A DNA stretch of 63,877 nucleotides, the filler included, from Lenisia limosa (taxonomy: Eukaryota; Protista; Breviatea), in assembly GCA_001655205.1 (NCBI GenBank). It is 8 parts of 8 records of this genome, joined end to end, with 100 filler letters (N's around TTAATTAATTAA, not from the genome) between each part and the next. Parts side by side here need not be neighbours in the genome. Positions count along the whole stretch, not along the records: positions 1 to 27,845 come from LPNZ01008764.1; 7 more parts are not named here. One strand, 5' to 3'. The notes under the pieces were generated by a model. The model did not search any database, was not told where the DNA came from, and saw only the letters and a list, made by a program, of their open reading frames with translations. Of the stretch, positions 1 through 17,683 are shown one piece after another (the first letter of the stretch is position 1; each line of letters starts with the position of its first letter). Made by a program: the position numbers and the translations under genes.

Positions 1-34
1 TATTTACTCTTTCTTGCTGCATCTCACTGCTCAG

Positions 35-2408
35 GTATTGTCCGTGGCTTCATTTGGATGCGCTATTGGAAGCACTACAAGGCAGCCCAACAGATCCAAC
101 GTGGGTGCCGTTCCAGTCACTTTGGCTTCCCCCCCTTTCATCTTTCTCCCCAGGGGTAGCGGGCAAGTAATCAAAGCAAAGCGATTAAATAAAACCCCAG
201 AGCACTAACTTTTGCAAAACCGGAAAACCAAATTTTATTTTTGTGATTGCGCGCAGGCATCTGTCGAGGGTACGTTAAAAGGACGTGGTGGACCCAGTAC
301 AAGGCCACAATGCTCCTCCAGCGTATGTCCTTTTAACATTTTGAATCGGGACAGCAACCTAAACAGTACACTTGTGAATGCAAAGCTCTTGTACCAGTCC
401 TAATATTCAGGTATTGCCCGCGGCTTCTTGGTCCGCAAGGAGTGGCCAAAGATGATTCTCGAACTTCGCCGTGAAAAGGTGCGTTCCTATCATCTGCTTT
501 GTACACACCCCCCATAACCTACCCTTCAGGCCTCCATCCTCATTCAGCGCATGCTTCGCGGCTGGATTGCACGAGTCCGCTACCCCCGTATTCTGCAGGC
601 ACACAAGGAGGACTGTGCGGCCAAGGACATCCAACGTTGGCGGTGCTGATGCGGATCTCTATTTAGGCTTCACTTCGGTTCGGGAACATATCGATAGTTT
701 TCGAGGATTTATCGAGAAATTCAGTCGTTTTTCGAACTGAAGTGAAGCCCTAGTCTCTATTGATAGCACTATTGACCTCGAACAGGGTTCTTTTATGCAG
801 TCATAACCCCCCCCCCCCNNNNNNNNNNNNNNNNNNNNNNNNNNNNNNNNNNNNNNNNNNNNNNNNNNNNNNNNNNNNNNNNNNNNNNNNNNNNNNNNNN
901 NNNNNNNNNNNNNNNNNNNNNNNNNNNNNNNNNNAGTATTGGACAGTTCGTCGCGAGAGAGCCGCAGTGTATTGTCAGAAGCACGTCAGAAACAAGCTCA
1001 AGTGCCTCTTCTTGGTGGGTATTGTCGGTGCTGTTTGCTCTCTGCTCACTATGTAGACCCGTGTCGGTGCCGCCAATAGCCCTCTCGTGGACCTTCCATT
1101 GAAGCCTAAACAGGTTCGTCATTATCCCGTTGGAGATATTTATTAAAGTGCTTTTATTTATTGAAAAAAGAGAGTATTTATCATAATGTGTGTTTGCACC
1201 ACTAANNNNNNNNNNNNNNNNNNNNNNNNNNNNNNNNNNNNNNNNNNNNNNNNNNNNNNNNNNNNNNNNNNNNNNNNNNNNNNNNNNNNNNNNNNNNNNN
1301 NNNNNNNNNNNNNNNNNNNNNNNNNNNNNNNNNNNNNNNNNNNNNACTTCAGGTTTGTCAATGCACATTTGCATACCACTAGACCTAAACGTGCTCTGAA
1401 TCGCATTGTTCACCGTTTTCAGAGAGAGAGCGCGTCATATCCGCATCAAGTTCTACAAGGAGGGCCTCACTAAGGCACGCTTCAAGATGCTCGAAATTAA
1501 AGAAGTACGCGGTTTTTTGCTGTTCGTTCAGATTTCCTCCATTTGGCTTTGGAATGGCACTTTTACTTCCGAAGGTTGCACACGACCTGTTTAAGGAGAG
1601 CAAGCGTGCTGAGAACTACAAGAACACCCTCAGCACAGTCTTCAAGGTTTGTTGCTTTGCTCTATGACGGTGGTGACTGTTTAGGGCACGTATGTGGAGA
1701 AGGAAATTCTCAAGGGCCTGGAAGGCAAGGGCAAGTTCCGCTTCGCCGCCACCTGCAACAAGGTCTGTTCCGATTCTTCCGTGTTCCATTTTTTTCTAGT
1801 CTTACGGAGTAGATTGAGAAGTTCAAGAAGTTGCCTCGCACACTCATCATCACCAACGTCAAGGTCACTCTCCTCGATGTCAAGAAGTAAGCACCACGCT
1901 CGGCTATCTTGGCATTCGTTCGTGACAATAAACACTGCATATGGCCATGAACTAACACCCAGGAACACAGAGAAGAACGAGGTGGACATGAAGCAGATCG
2001 AGAGCTTCGGAGTGTCGGAAGGCTCTGACGGCTTCCTTGTAATTCGCATCAAGGACGCCGCTCAGGGCGATTGGGTACTCGAAATCCCCGACAACAGGCT
2101 CATTGAAGGTTTGCAGTACTCAAGCAGGTTATTTGACGTTTTAGCAACGACGTGGCTTGGAGAAGCCTGGGAAACCGCTTGGGACAAAACCAAGACCGTG
2201 GATCTCAAGATCGGCAACAGGTTCGCTTCAACCTTTTGCACACGCCTCACCATCTAATGAAACTTTCTCATACCTCAGCCTGAAATGGCGAACGGCAAAG
2301 AAGCAGGAGGAGAAGGAGCTCGCTATCTCGGTTGGAGAAGTGGTGGCCCCGAACACGTCAATGGTTACAAAGACAAAGGAGGGCGGCATCACGGCCACCG
2401 TCAAATAA
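35..2408 (+). CDS. Class I myosin, 3' part (multiple IQ motifs + TH1 tail); 5' end outside window, multi-exon
   Basis: Spliced exons give IQ repeats (..QR|IVRGFIWMRYWKHYKAAQQIQR|ICRGYVKRTWWTQYKATMLLQR|IARGFLVRKEW..; ASILIQRMLRGWIAR). A basic region follows, then a TH1-like tail (KGKFRFAATCNK; IEKFKKLPRTLIITN; IESFGVSEGSDGFLVIRIKDAAQGDWVLEIPDN), ending TAA 2406-2408. No SH3 or TH2 seen, and the motor domain is not in the window. Confidence 0.8.
663..753. mobile_element. MITE family A copy (myosin intron)
   Basis: TIR (C)TAGGGCTTCACTTCGGTTCG...CGAACTGAAGTGAAGCCCTAG, flanked by the direct repeat tctctat(t) at 656-663 and 754-761. Confidence 0.85.
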
Positions 2409-2534
2409 GCTGTGGAGAGCTCATATGTGTACCTACTCGTTATTTAAGTTAGTTAAGATTGAATTAGTATTCACTGCTGGGGCTTCCAATTTCCAATGTT
2501 GCAAGAAAACTTAAAACAAAGTACATTACCATAA

Positions 2535-5500
2535 CTACTCCTCAACCATCTTAGCCTCAGCATCAGCGTAAGGCTCAACCCACTTCGGGAACACACGTTT
2601 GTACAGTGAAAGATTAACCGTGTCGTTGGAAGGCAGATGGCCGTTGAACTTGCACTTAATATGGCCATGCGTACCTTGATGAAGTGAAGAAACCAATACC
2701 AACAGTCGTCACATGACCGCCCGCTTACCGACAGACGACTTAATGTGCCCAATGAGACCGGTTTTGGTCCACAGCTCAACCTTCTTGAACCATGTGATGT
2801 CCTCGGGCGCAAAGAACATGAATCGGATAATGGCTGTCTTCTTGTGGATCTAAAAGTGACTCCATGTTAGGAATTGAGACAATTGAGTATCAAAATATAA
2901 TGGGGGGGGGGGGGNNNNNNNNNNNNNNNNNNNNNNNNNNNNNNNNNNNNNNNNNNNNNNNNNNNNNNNNNNNNNNNNNNNNNNNNNNNNNNNNNNNNNN
3001 NNNNNNNNNNNNNNNNNNNNNNNNTAAAAATATCTCCACCGCCCCAAAGGGATCCCAACCTTGAAGGGGAACCCGGTCAGAATAGTGCGCTTGAGGATGA
3101 TTCTGTTGGCATTTGCGCCCATGAGAGAACCGGTGGCAATGAGGTTGGGTGATGCTGAAAGTAAGACGAACCAAAACGGTGTGTTTCCCAAGACATGTGA
3201 TGTGAGACCCATGTACTGTTCCTGAGGCCTGCGGAGAAGAAGAGCACGGGACCGGGAGGGAATGTGCAGAGGGTCATTGCGGATGCGCAACTGTGGCGTC
3301 CGGGCAGCCACCAACGCTCCATCTTGAACTTGTCTCCGCGGCTGTCGGGGTTAGAGAAGAGGGTTGATGAATAAGCACATGGTTTATGAAAAGAGGGGGT
3401 CGTGTGAGGGATTTTTGCCTACAAAGAGCCAGTGGAGTAGATGGGGGCGACAGTGAATCGTCTGAGTCCGGCGTCAACGACCATGGGGGTCTTGGACTTG
3501 ATGTGGGTGAAGTCGTTGGGCTGTCGGCGCATCAGAAAATGCGACACTGTCACCTGAAGTGTCAGTTGCTGAAATCCCCATTGAGAGTAATAGAATTGAA
3601 GACGCTTTCAATAGCTGGGTGGCGGGTGATCCCTCACCTTAGCCTCATGCTTGAAGAGTCCCGAGATAATAAGGGGCATGCCGGGCTCGTAGTTAGCTGA
3701 AGGGTTAGGATATAGATATCGTAATTGATTATGATATCAATAAGTAGAAATGAGAATCAGAGAAAAAAAAAAGGGGGGAGGAGGATACAAGGAAGATGCA
3801 ATCATACATTAATAAAATTTTTAAAGATATTCATTTCAATAATACTACGTGTCCACATCATTAGGGTGCACACAGCTTTCTGCGTGCCATCGGCTGCACC
3901 TACTTTCAAATGACATTGGAACGTTTTTGATGACAACAGTGATGTAGTGTCCAACTGGGAAGACCTAACTTGTCAGAACTGTATCAGTCGATATATTACA
4001 CCATATTCCCACAACAATACTGTCAAAAGGTTAGCATAAATAAAACCATAGTCCAGCATCAGCCCACCTTTTCAGCAGTTTCGTCCACAATTGGCTTGGT
4101 AGTATGCTTTTGTGTGTGGGCAAAATTGGCAAACTAAACAATCAAAAAAAAAATCGAATTTGAACAGGGAGAAGATTTGCTGGAGCAGACCTGATGGATT
4201 TTCGAGTAGGAAACGGGGAGTTCTTCATAGGGGTCCCAATGGCCGCGTTTGAAGTTCTTGAATCCTCGGTACTTCTGGAACCTAAAATGTCAGAACTGCT
4301 ATTGAGCGTGAGTGTTGCTTATTTGGGTAGTTACAAACCTGACACGAGCGGCGACGTCGATGGGAGTGTCAATCATATCGGGGAAGTTGGCATCATCTTC
4401 TGCCAGCTCTGCTTCTTTCCTAAAAGAATGTCAGTTTTCATCACAAGGCAACAGCTGCGAATATGTCAGTCAGTATCCGGACCACCTCGCCTTCACAGCG
4501 TCGGCTGAGTCATCAATATCTTCTGTCTCCTCCAATCGCTCCATCTCTAACAGTGGTCAAATTGGTACAATTTCAGGGTAATGGTTGGTTTCTGTAAAAT
4601 GGAAGGAACATCACACCCAGTCCCACGCTTCTTGGTCTTTTTGTCCATTTGTTCCATTCGCTCCTTCTTGTTGGCTTCGGTCAAATCAAGCTCTTCGTAC
4701 TAAATAGTCATCATAAATTTCTGGTAGGCTTATAAAAGGCTCAACATGCTGATAAACTGAAGTAGAAGTCACCAGGACACACCTCCTCATCCGAGTCAGA
4801 AATGATTTCATCGGCTTCAGCGTCTTCATCATCCATTCCCTCGACATCCTGAGTGTCAGCACAATGAAATCCGAAATAGATGGAGATATTTTACAAAAAA
4901 AAAAAAACTTGTGAACGGTACTAGAACCAATCATGCGTATTCCAACCTCATCTCCAGACTCATCAGAATCAACGATCCACTCAGCTTGGTACGCTGAAGT
5001 GCCTTTGGGAACAATTTTGGTGCGATGAGCTGAAGACGTAAAACAAAAGCTTGGATAGAATAAAGGTAAATTCCAATTTGTCTTGATTGCCCCCCCCCCC
5101 CCNNNNNNNNNNNNNNNNNNNNNNNNNNNNNNNNNNNNNNNNNNNNNNNNNNNNNNNNNNNNNNNNNNNNNNNNNNNNNCTCCAAGTCATCACTCACAAA
5201 GCCGCCATCGTCAGCAAAACGCTCGGTTTCGGGGTCCTGCAGGGAAGGAGGGTAAAGCAGTATTTACGACAGTACAGCAACACTTGCTAAAAGACACGAG
5301 AGTTTCAAAACAATTCCACCCAGCTACACTCAATCCCATCCTATTACATGATGGGGGGGGGGGTAAAGAAGAGTGACCCATCAGTATAACTCCTTGGTTT
5401 ACTAACCTGTTCCAGAGGGTCGGCCTCCAATGACAGCAAAAAGGGCTTGTGTGTGGCCGGGAGAGGGTCGGTGGCGGAGATGATCTGTTATTGTCATAAA

Positions 5501-7177
5501 GTGTANNNNNNNNNNNNNNNNNNNNNNNNNNNNNNNNNNNNNNNNNNNNNNNNNNNNNNNNNNNNNNNNNNNNNNNNNNNNNNNNNNNNNNNNNNNNNNN
5601 NNNNNNNNNNNNNNNNNNNNNNNNNNNNNNNNNNNNNNNNNNNNNNNNNNNNNNNNNNNNNNNNNNNNNNNNNNNNNNNNNNNNNNNNNNNNNNNNNNNN
5701 NNNNNNNNNNNNNNNNNNNNNNNNNNNNNNNACACCAGGAATATGAACCATTCCCGAGGGGTTCATGGCGCGACCACGCAGATAGCCTGAAACTGCAAGG
5801 TCCATGGTTTCCTAAACCGTTATGCCCGCGCATTTAATGTGAACATTGTGCCCAAGTACGTACCTCGGATTTGTTACTTGACTCAATGTTGCAGGCAAGC
5901 ACATAGGGGCGGTTGGAACGGAATGTCAGCGGCTTGACAGAAACCTCCATCAAATGCCTCACCAAAGCGGTCACCTCCTAAAGGGACAAATGAGAACTGC
6001 TTCAAGATACAAGCTCTCGCAACAACATTTGCTAAGATCAGGAGTGGGATAACAAGGAAGTCCTTCACCCTAACCCACTTGCTCGGTATCTCCAACAAGG
6101 GTCTTGCACGTGTCAAACTCCTGGTCAAAGAATGAGGTGTGGAGCTTCTTCCGACCGTTTCGCTCCTACTATGTCAAACACACTATGCAGAACAATGAGC
6201 TTTCCTTACCTTAACGGGGAGTTTGTCCATTCCAACGATGACGGCCGCGGCGGTGGGCTGGCTTTGGGCCTTCATGGCTCTCAGAACCTGCTCACCTGGT
6301 ATATGTGAATAATCCACGAAAAAAGAATGGTGATCTTGGGCTCACAGAAGTTGAAGTACTAAGATTGAAGAACTAAGGGTTAATGATATCGACCAAATGC
6401 AGCCCTCCTACCAAACTCATCAATGCACTTCTCCTGGCTGGTAACTGCAAAAAGGACCAAATCAGCTCCCTACAGAAATAAGTTTAGCCTTAAAACTGCT
6501 CACCTTGCACAAATCAAGGACGGAATACAGGTTCCGTGAAGAGGTGGCAAGGGCAAGACGGCCAGGGTAGTTCTTGAACTTCAAGACGTCTGGACGAGCA
6601 TGGCCTCCAATAACCTGAGGAGTAACGGAATGCCCCCATGTCAAATTGCAACAGATGTACTAAAGTGGTTTTCTTTATCTTTATACTGATCCAGTAATAC
6701 CTTTTGTGTTGCAATGGCAGCCATTTTGCTCCTTAAGCCCTGGATGTCGGCATCCTCAGCAAGAGCAATTAGGGCCTGTTGAATAAGTCGAACTTCAAGC
6801 CAACAGGGGAAATAAGACGCCACTTAACGCAAAAATAAGACCAATTCCTCTTCATACCACAGTTTTAGGTACACCATCCTTGCCAAAGACTTTCTTGTTC
6901 TCAAGCACTTCAGCCGTCTTGTTGCTTCTGATCTGTTTGGCCTGTTGACGGCGCACTGAGCGGGAGAGGTCGTTCAGCACTCCCTTGGTTGACGCTGATC
7001 GTTGGACAGTTACCTAAATTAGGTGAGAAGTACACAAAAGGGACATAGATAGGCGCCTGTCCACAAGATCTCCCAAACCTTTCCTTTGAATTGCTTTTTA
7101 ATCTGTCCTTTGGATCTATGTTTAGTAGCATGTGACTTATTTGACTGCTTGAGCTTGCCGGGAACATGACGTTCCAT
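2535..7177 (-). CDS. TSR1: Pre-rRNA-processing protein TSR1 (40S biogenesis), multi-exon
   Basis: Start MERHVPGKLKQSNKSHATKHRSKG (ATG 7177). Internal motifs SRSVRRQQAKQIRSNK..FGKDGVPK, NLYSVLDLCK, LAVSGYLRGRAMNPSGMVHIPG, GSLMGANANRIILKRTILTGFPFK and GTHGHIKCKFNGHL..SLYKRVFPKW match the TSR1 family. TAG stop at 2535-2537. Confidence 0.93.
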
Positions 7178-7355
7178 ATTTGCTCGGTTTTTAGAAGCTC
7201 AAATCAAATTATACAACTTCTGAGTACCTTACCAATATATAAATGATATATAAAGTAGACTACTTCTTGTGGCACATAAGGGCTGCATTTTTTCAATTAT
7301 TTAACTTATAAGAAATTACGGTCGCATAGGTATAAAAGTTCTCGAAAAACAAAAA

Positions 7356-8553
7356 ATGAAGACTTCTTTCAGAATGGGACGTTCAAAAAAGACTTCAGCC
7401 CAAAAAGTCGCTACCAAGGCCGCAGAAGAACCAGCAAACAACAATGAAGACATTCGCTTTTTGCTCGATCTCCTCATTGAAGGTACCTTTGCAAGCTGCT
7501 GCCCTTTAGTTGTCGTTATTAAGAATTTATTGGACAGCAAACAATTGAAATTACTGTATTCATTTCTTAGGTCGCGTCTGTGCTGTTATTGAGGAACTTG
7601 TAAACGCTGCTAACGCTGGCTTCATTGCTGTGGGTCTTTTTAACATTCAGTATTTATTCGTTTTAGTTGTCAGACTTATATCCCTACTAACTGCACATTA
7701 TATTAATACTTAAGCTTCCTCGAATATCCAGTTCATTTCCTATCTTTAACCATCAAGTTTGACGCCGTTGCCTCCGATCAGCTTGAGAAGATCCAATTCG
7801 TTTCCAAGATCCTTGAGGATAAAAAAGGTTGCTGGAGACAGAGAATACCGTTGAGATAAGAAATAATACGGATTGAATGGTAATTAACTTGTAATAAACT
7901 ACTTGAGCTATAGTGAAGTTAGAAAATGGCACTTATCTTCACGTGACTACTGTCACAAAGCATCTCGACGGGCATCTTATCCCTCCCCCCAGAACGCACC
8001 CCCAAGGAACAACTCGTTCTGAGACGGATGGCTGATATCATGTCAGGATTCATCAATGGTTGGTTGGGGGATTCAAGTGTACATAGAACTGACACTATGG
8101 ATATGGTGTATCGATATAGTAACATATAATCTGATATAAACTCTTCTGTTATCACTTTTCTACAACTATATATTATATTACCATATCATGTTGACAAATA
8201 GAGAGAGATGAATACTAGAGGAAGAGAGTAACAAGGTCAATCGCTATACGCTCATCTCCAGGTACAATGAGTCTGAACGCCTCACACTTGGAAATTGATG
8301 GCTACGCTATGATTGCACAGATGAAGCCTGATATGATCGGTGACTGGAAAGAAGAACAGGCCAAGTTTGGGGGCTAACTGATATTATTCGTCACTTGGGA
8401 GTTTTTTAATTGTTTTTTTTTTTAATTATTGATTGGTAGTGTTTATGGAATTGATGGAAATAGGATTGAGGCGGCAATGAAGGAGGAGAATTACGTGGCA
8501 GGTAGCCAGAGAGAGAGGCCAAACGATGACCTTCCTCCCAACTCCCGCCCCAG
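7356..8553 (+). CDS. Hypothetical protein, multi-exon, divergent from TSR1
   Basis: Exons with GT/AG ends and protein-like reading (MKTSFRMGRSKK..RFLLDLLIE|GRVCAVIEELVNAANAGFIA..FDAVASDQLEKIQFVSKILEDKK..ERTPKEQLVLRRMADIMSGFIN). No family recognised. The 3' end is uncertain (8378-8553). Confidence 0.5.
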
Positions 8554-8673
8554 AAGCGAGTAGGAAATGGTATGGTCTAAGAGCTGATGTAATCTGATTT
8601 CATGAAAACTACGGCTTTTCAAGAGCATATAAATTACAATAAATTACACATAATATGGTTCCGTGTTGACGGG

Positions 8674-14469
<5,796 letters not shown>

Positions 14470-14796
14470 ACTGACTGCAGACTAAACAGATTCAGTATCG
14501 AGATAAAAGTTTTGAAAATGGATTTTCCCTTAAATATCGGAAGCAATGTGAACTGAACTTGAACTGAACTTCCGACATAACCGATTCCAGAAATATTTTT
14601 TGAAGCACTTTATAATTCAACCGCCTGGTAAATTTGTAAATAATATTTGTTTAGGAATAGTTTGATAGGCTTTACCCATTTCTGTGAAATAGTATTTCTC
14701 CCCGTTCATTATGTAACTGAATATAATCCTGTTTGTATTGTCTAATATGAGTACTGTGCAGTAGAAAGAAAAGCATTTCACCAAAATAGGGTTCTG

Positions 14797-17560
14797 ATGT
14801 CGCATTTTCCAGGTTTGTCTCTTTTTTTCTGTTATTTGTGCCGTTTAATTATTTAATAACATGCAGGTGATACAGTAGCCACCTTTCTCCGAAGAGTCGG
14901 TTTAAACCAAGATGAATGGCCTGCCAAAAGGTCCAACCTCCCTCTCCACACTCCCTTTTTGCGCCTTGCCTCCATCAATGCACTAGTTGAGGAAGGTTTT
15001 TCCTCCATGGCAGCCCACGTTCTCTATTCTACTCTCCAACCGAAAAACAAACCCACTGAGGAAGAATCCCAACCAAGTCCCTCTCGAACACCCCACTCTC
15101 CGCTCTATAGTCTACTCCTTCCTGACGAAGATGTCGTTCCCCTTGAGAGTTCAGCAAGTGATTCCTCCCCTTTATGGGGTTCTCAATCAACATCGCCACG
15201 TCTTGAGATGCTCAACAAAGAGGCCCCGCCAATGCCCCTGGAACCTCCAATGTCAAGTACGTCCAATCACGAACTCCTCACTTACAATTCAGTGTCATTT
15301 GCTGTTGAATGCGCGATTTCAACGCTTGTTTCATGTGGAATTCAAGTTAGCTGGATGGCAAAGGGCGTTTTCATGAGCTAATATTACTTCAAGGGGTTAT
15401 TTGGTACCAAATGTCATATATTTGATATAGATTACCATTATTTAATGTATATGCATAAATGGAAAGCGCCTACAGCAGATAAACTTAGCAATAATCCCTC
15501 CGATGTGGTCAGTCACCCCCTTTCTGATAATCCTCTAGGTTGGTCAGCATTTTCAGTCAGTGAAGTGCTCTCCCCGATTTGTATTCGACTACAGCCCCAC
15601 TTGGGTGTCTCAGTTTACTTCAGCTGCTCTCACAGTGATGTTTCAAGGACGGACACCTACTCTTGACGGTCGGCCGGGTGAACAATAGGGTTCTTAGTTT
15701 TTATGTGAAGAAGTCTCATTTGTTCAGAGATTATTTCTACCCCGCCACCATCTGTGGTTATGGCTGCGATCCCTTTCCCATGTTACCGCAAATGGGGCTC
15801 AAATTCACACGAAGCTGTAAGAAAAAGCATATTCACTTGACCCTCAGAGCAGTCTAGCGATGAACCAATAACCGTTATAGTTGATATACTTCCTGGCTAT
15901 GTGCCCTCCTCTTGTAGCGCATTGTGAGCTCATCTACATTTTGACTTCAAAAATGGCCCAGCCCCTTATGGCCTCTCAGAACTTGCTCGAAGAGTTGGCG
16001 GTTTTTTTCGTTGTTTGTCGCTGTTTACTTGTTGAACTATTTTTGTTTCAGTATCAAGACTCACTCTTTAGACTAGGAGAAAGGTTACCTCTTCTCAAAA
16101 CTTTGTGAGTGGATAACAAAAAACTTGAAACGGATGAATTGTCATCAGCTTGTGTGAATCATTTCTATTCTATTGGGGTGAATGTTTAGCTCATTTCTAC
16201 AATTTTAACTTATTGTCGTCTTTTGTATCGATTGATATACATATGCCTTTGGGAGTATGAAGTTGAGGTCGTATGTTGTTTTAGCTGATTCACTTTAGGA
16301 TCTTCGCTCTCCACGGTGCTGGATTCCACTCTCAAGTAAGTGCTGTTTTTTTAGAGCGTTTTGTTTTGTTTTGTTTTTTACCCTTCAAGGTTCCTCCGAG
16401 CCACTGGAGACAGTTCACCAACATCAACCCTGATGTTGAATCGCCTTTGGGTCTCATGAATTCTCTTTTCGAAGTCTTCGCAGAGGAATCTACAAATGCA
16501 AACAGTTGGCTTGGGAATAGTTGCTATTTGGAATTTTGAACACTCGTGGCGTAATTTAGATTTAGAATTCATGTTGTTATTACCCAGATCAAGAAACCCT
16601 GTGTTCTCACTGTATAGTAACTTTCTCTGGAGAAGCCTCATCAGTCCTGCACCTCTACCTTAACAACCCACGTCCATACACCAATATTTGCACCCTCACT
16701 GAATCGCATTTCAATGTAAGCCTCGTTTGCTGCCAGAATGTTCCTCGAAAGTTACAAACTCCAAGTTTTTTCGCAATTATGTTCTAATATTCGCCACTTA
16801 TGATTTCAGAGCATTTCGTTCCCAACAACCCCTGATCTCCATGAGGTAGGATCACCTATATATTTATTTTACAACGTAGAATAAATACACGCTTCTGTCC
16901 TTTGAGGATTTCCATAGGTCTGTTGAGACCACAGATGGGCTGAAGAAGAAATGGTGCCAAGTTGGTATGTTGGGTTGATCTTGAATTGTAGAGCATTTGG
17001 TCCTTTACTCTGTAGCCATGTTCCGCCTTGCATCAAATGACCCTGATCCCTCCGTTCCGCCACGCTACTTCCTAGTCAATCGCCACCGAACGGTTAGTTA
17101 CGGACTGTCCCGGATACTCTTTCTCTTGCCAATATATTTTGAACTTGGTCACACATGCGGGACAGAAGCCTCTTTTTTTCAGTAAAATTTCTATTTAGCT
17201 GTCTTGTTTTGATATTGCAGACAACCCCCATGGGCAAGCCAGAAATGGTGATGATGTCTGACCTTGGACTGATGTCTTTTCGAGACGGCATGAAGTTCAG
17301 TCACGACCTGCGTGCCTGTCCTTCCGACCTCGCAAGATGGCATGGAGTGTCTGTTGACTTGATTGTAAGCTATTGATGATCACGACGCTTATTTACCCTT
17401 AAAGGTTCGCTCCTTAGCCACCCATCAGCCGAAGTATGCACAGCCCCACCATCCCCACCCTCATCATCTACATGGCCATCACCAACAAGGATATTCACCA
17501 TATCTCCCTATGTACAGACATTCAATCCAACAACATTCCAATTCTTACTACCCTTACTAA
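14797..17560 (+). CDS. Hypothetical protein with possible N-terminal SAM-like motif and His/Gln/Pro/Tyr-rich C-terminus, multi-exon
   Basis: ATG 14797 (MSHFPG|DTVATFLRRVGLNQDEW..LVEEGFSSM), a phase-consistent first intron, many further exons, and a last exon ..PHHPHPHHLHGHHQQGYSPYLPMY..SYYPY TAA 17558-17560. The SAM resemblance is by eye only. Confidence 0.55.
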
Positions 17561-17683
17561 TTTGTTTATTATTATTCTGTACACTATTTGTTATAATATA
17601 TGATGTTTTATAGGTTGCTTAACCTGTGGTTTTTTGGTACAAAACATACAATAAATTAAACCATGGCAGTACAGAAATAAGAA

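Noticed and set aside
663-753. GGTTCGA in family-A repeats as a tRNA T-loop (tRNA or SINE), or the repeats as CRISPR/REP
   Set aside because: There is no cloverleaf or A-box, the motif lies inside terminal inverted repeats, and copies are dispersed rather than arrayed with spacers.
793-1413. Long ORFs containing X runs or poly-Gly/poly-Pro (also 5211-5735, 45917-46279, 56157-56486)
   Set aside because: These are artefacts of translating N gaps and intronic G/C homopolymers.
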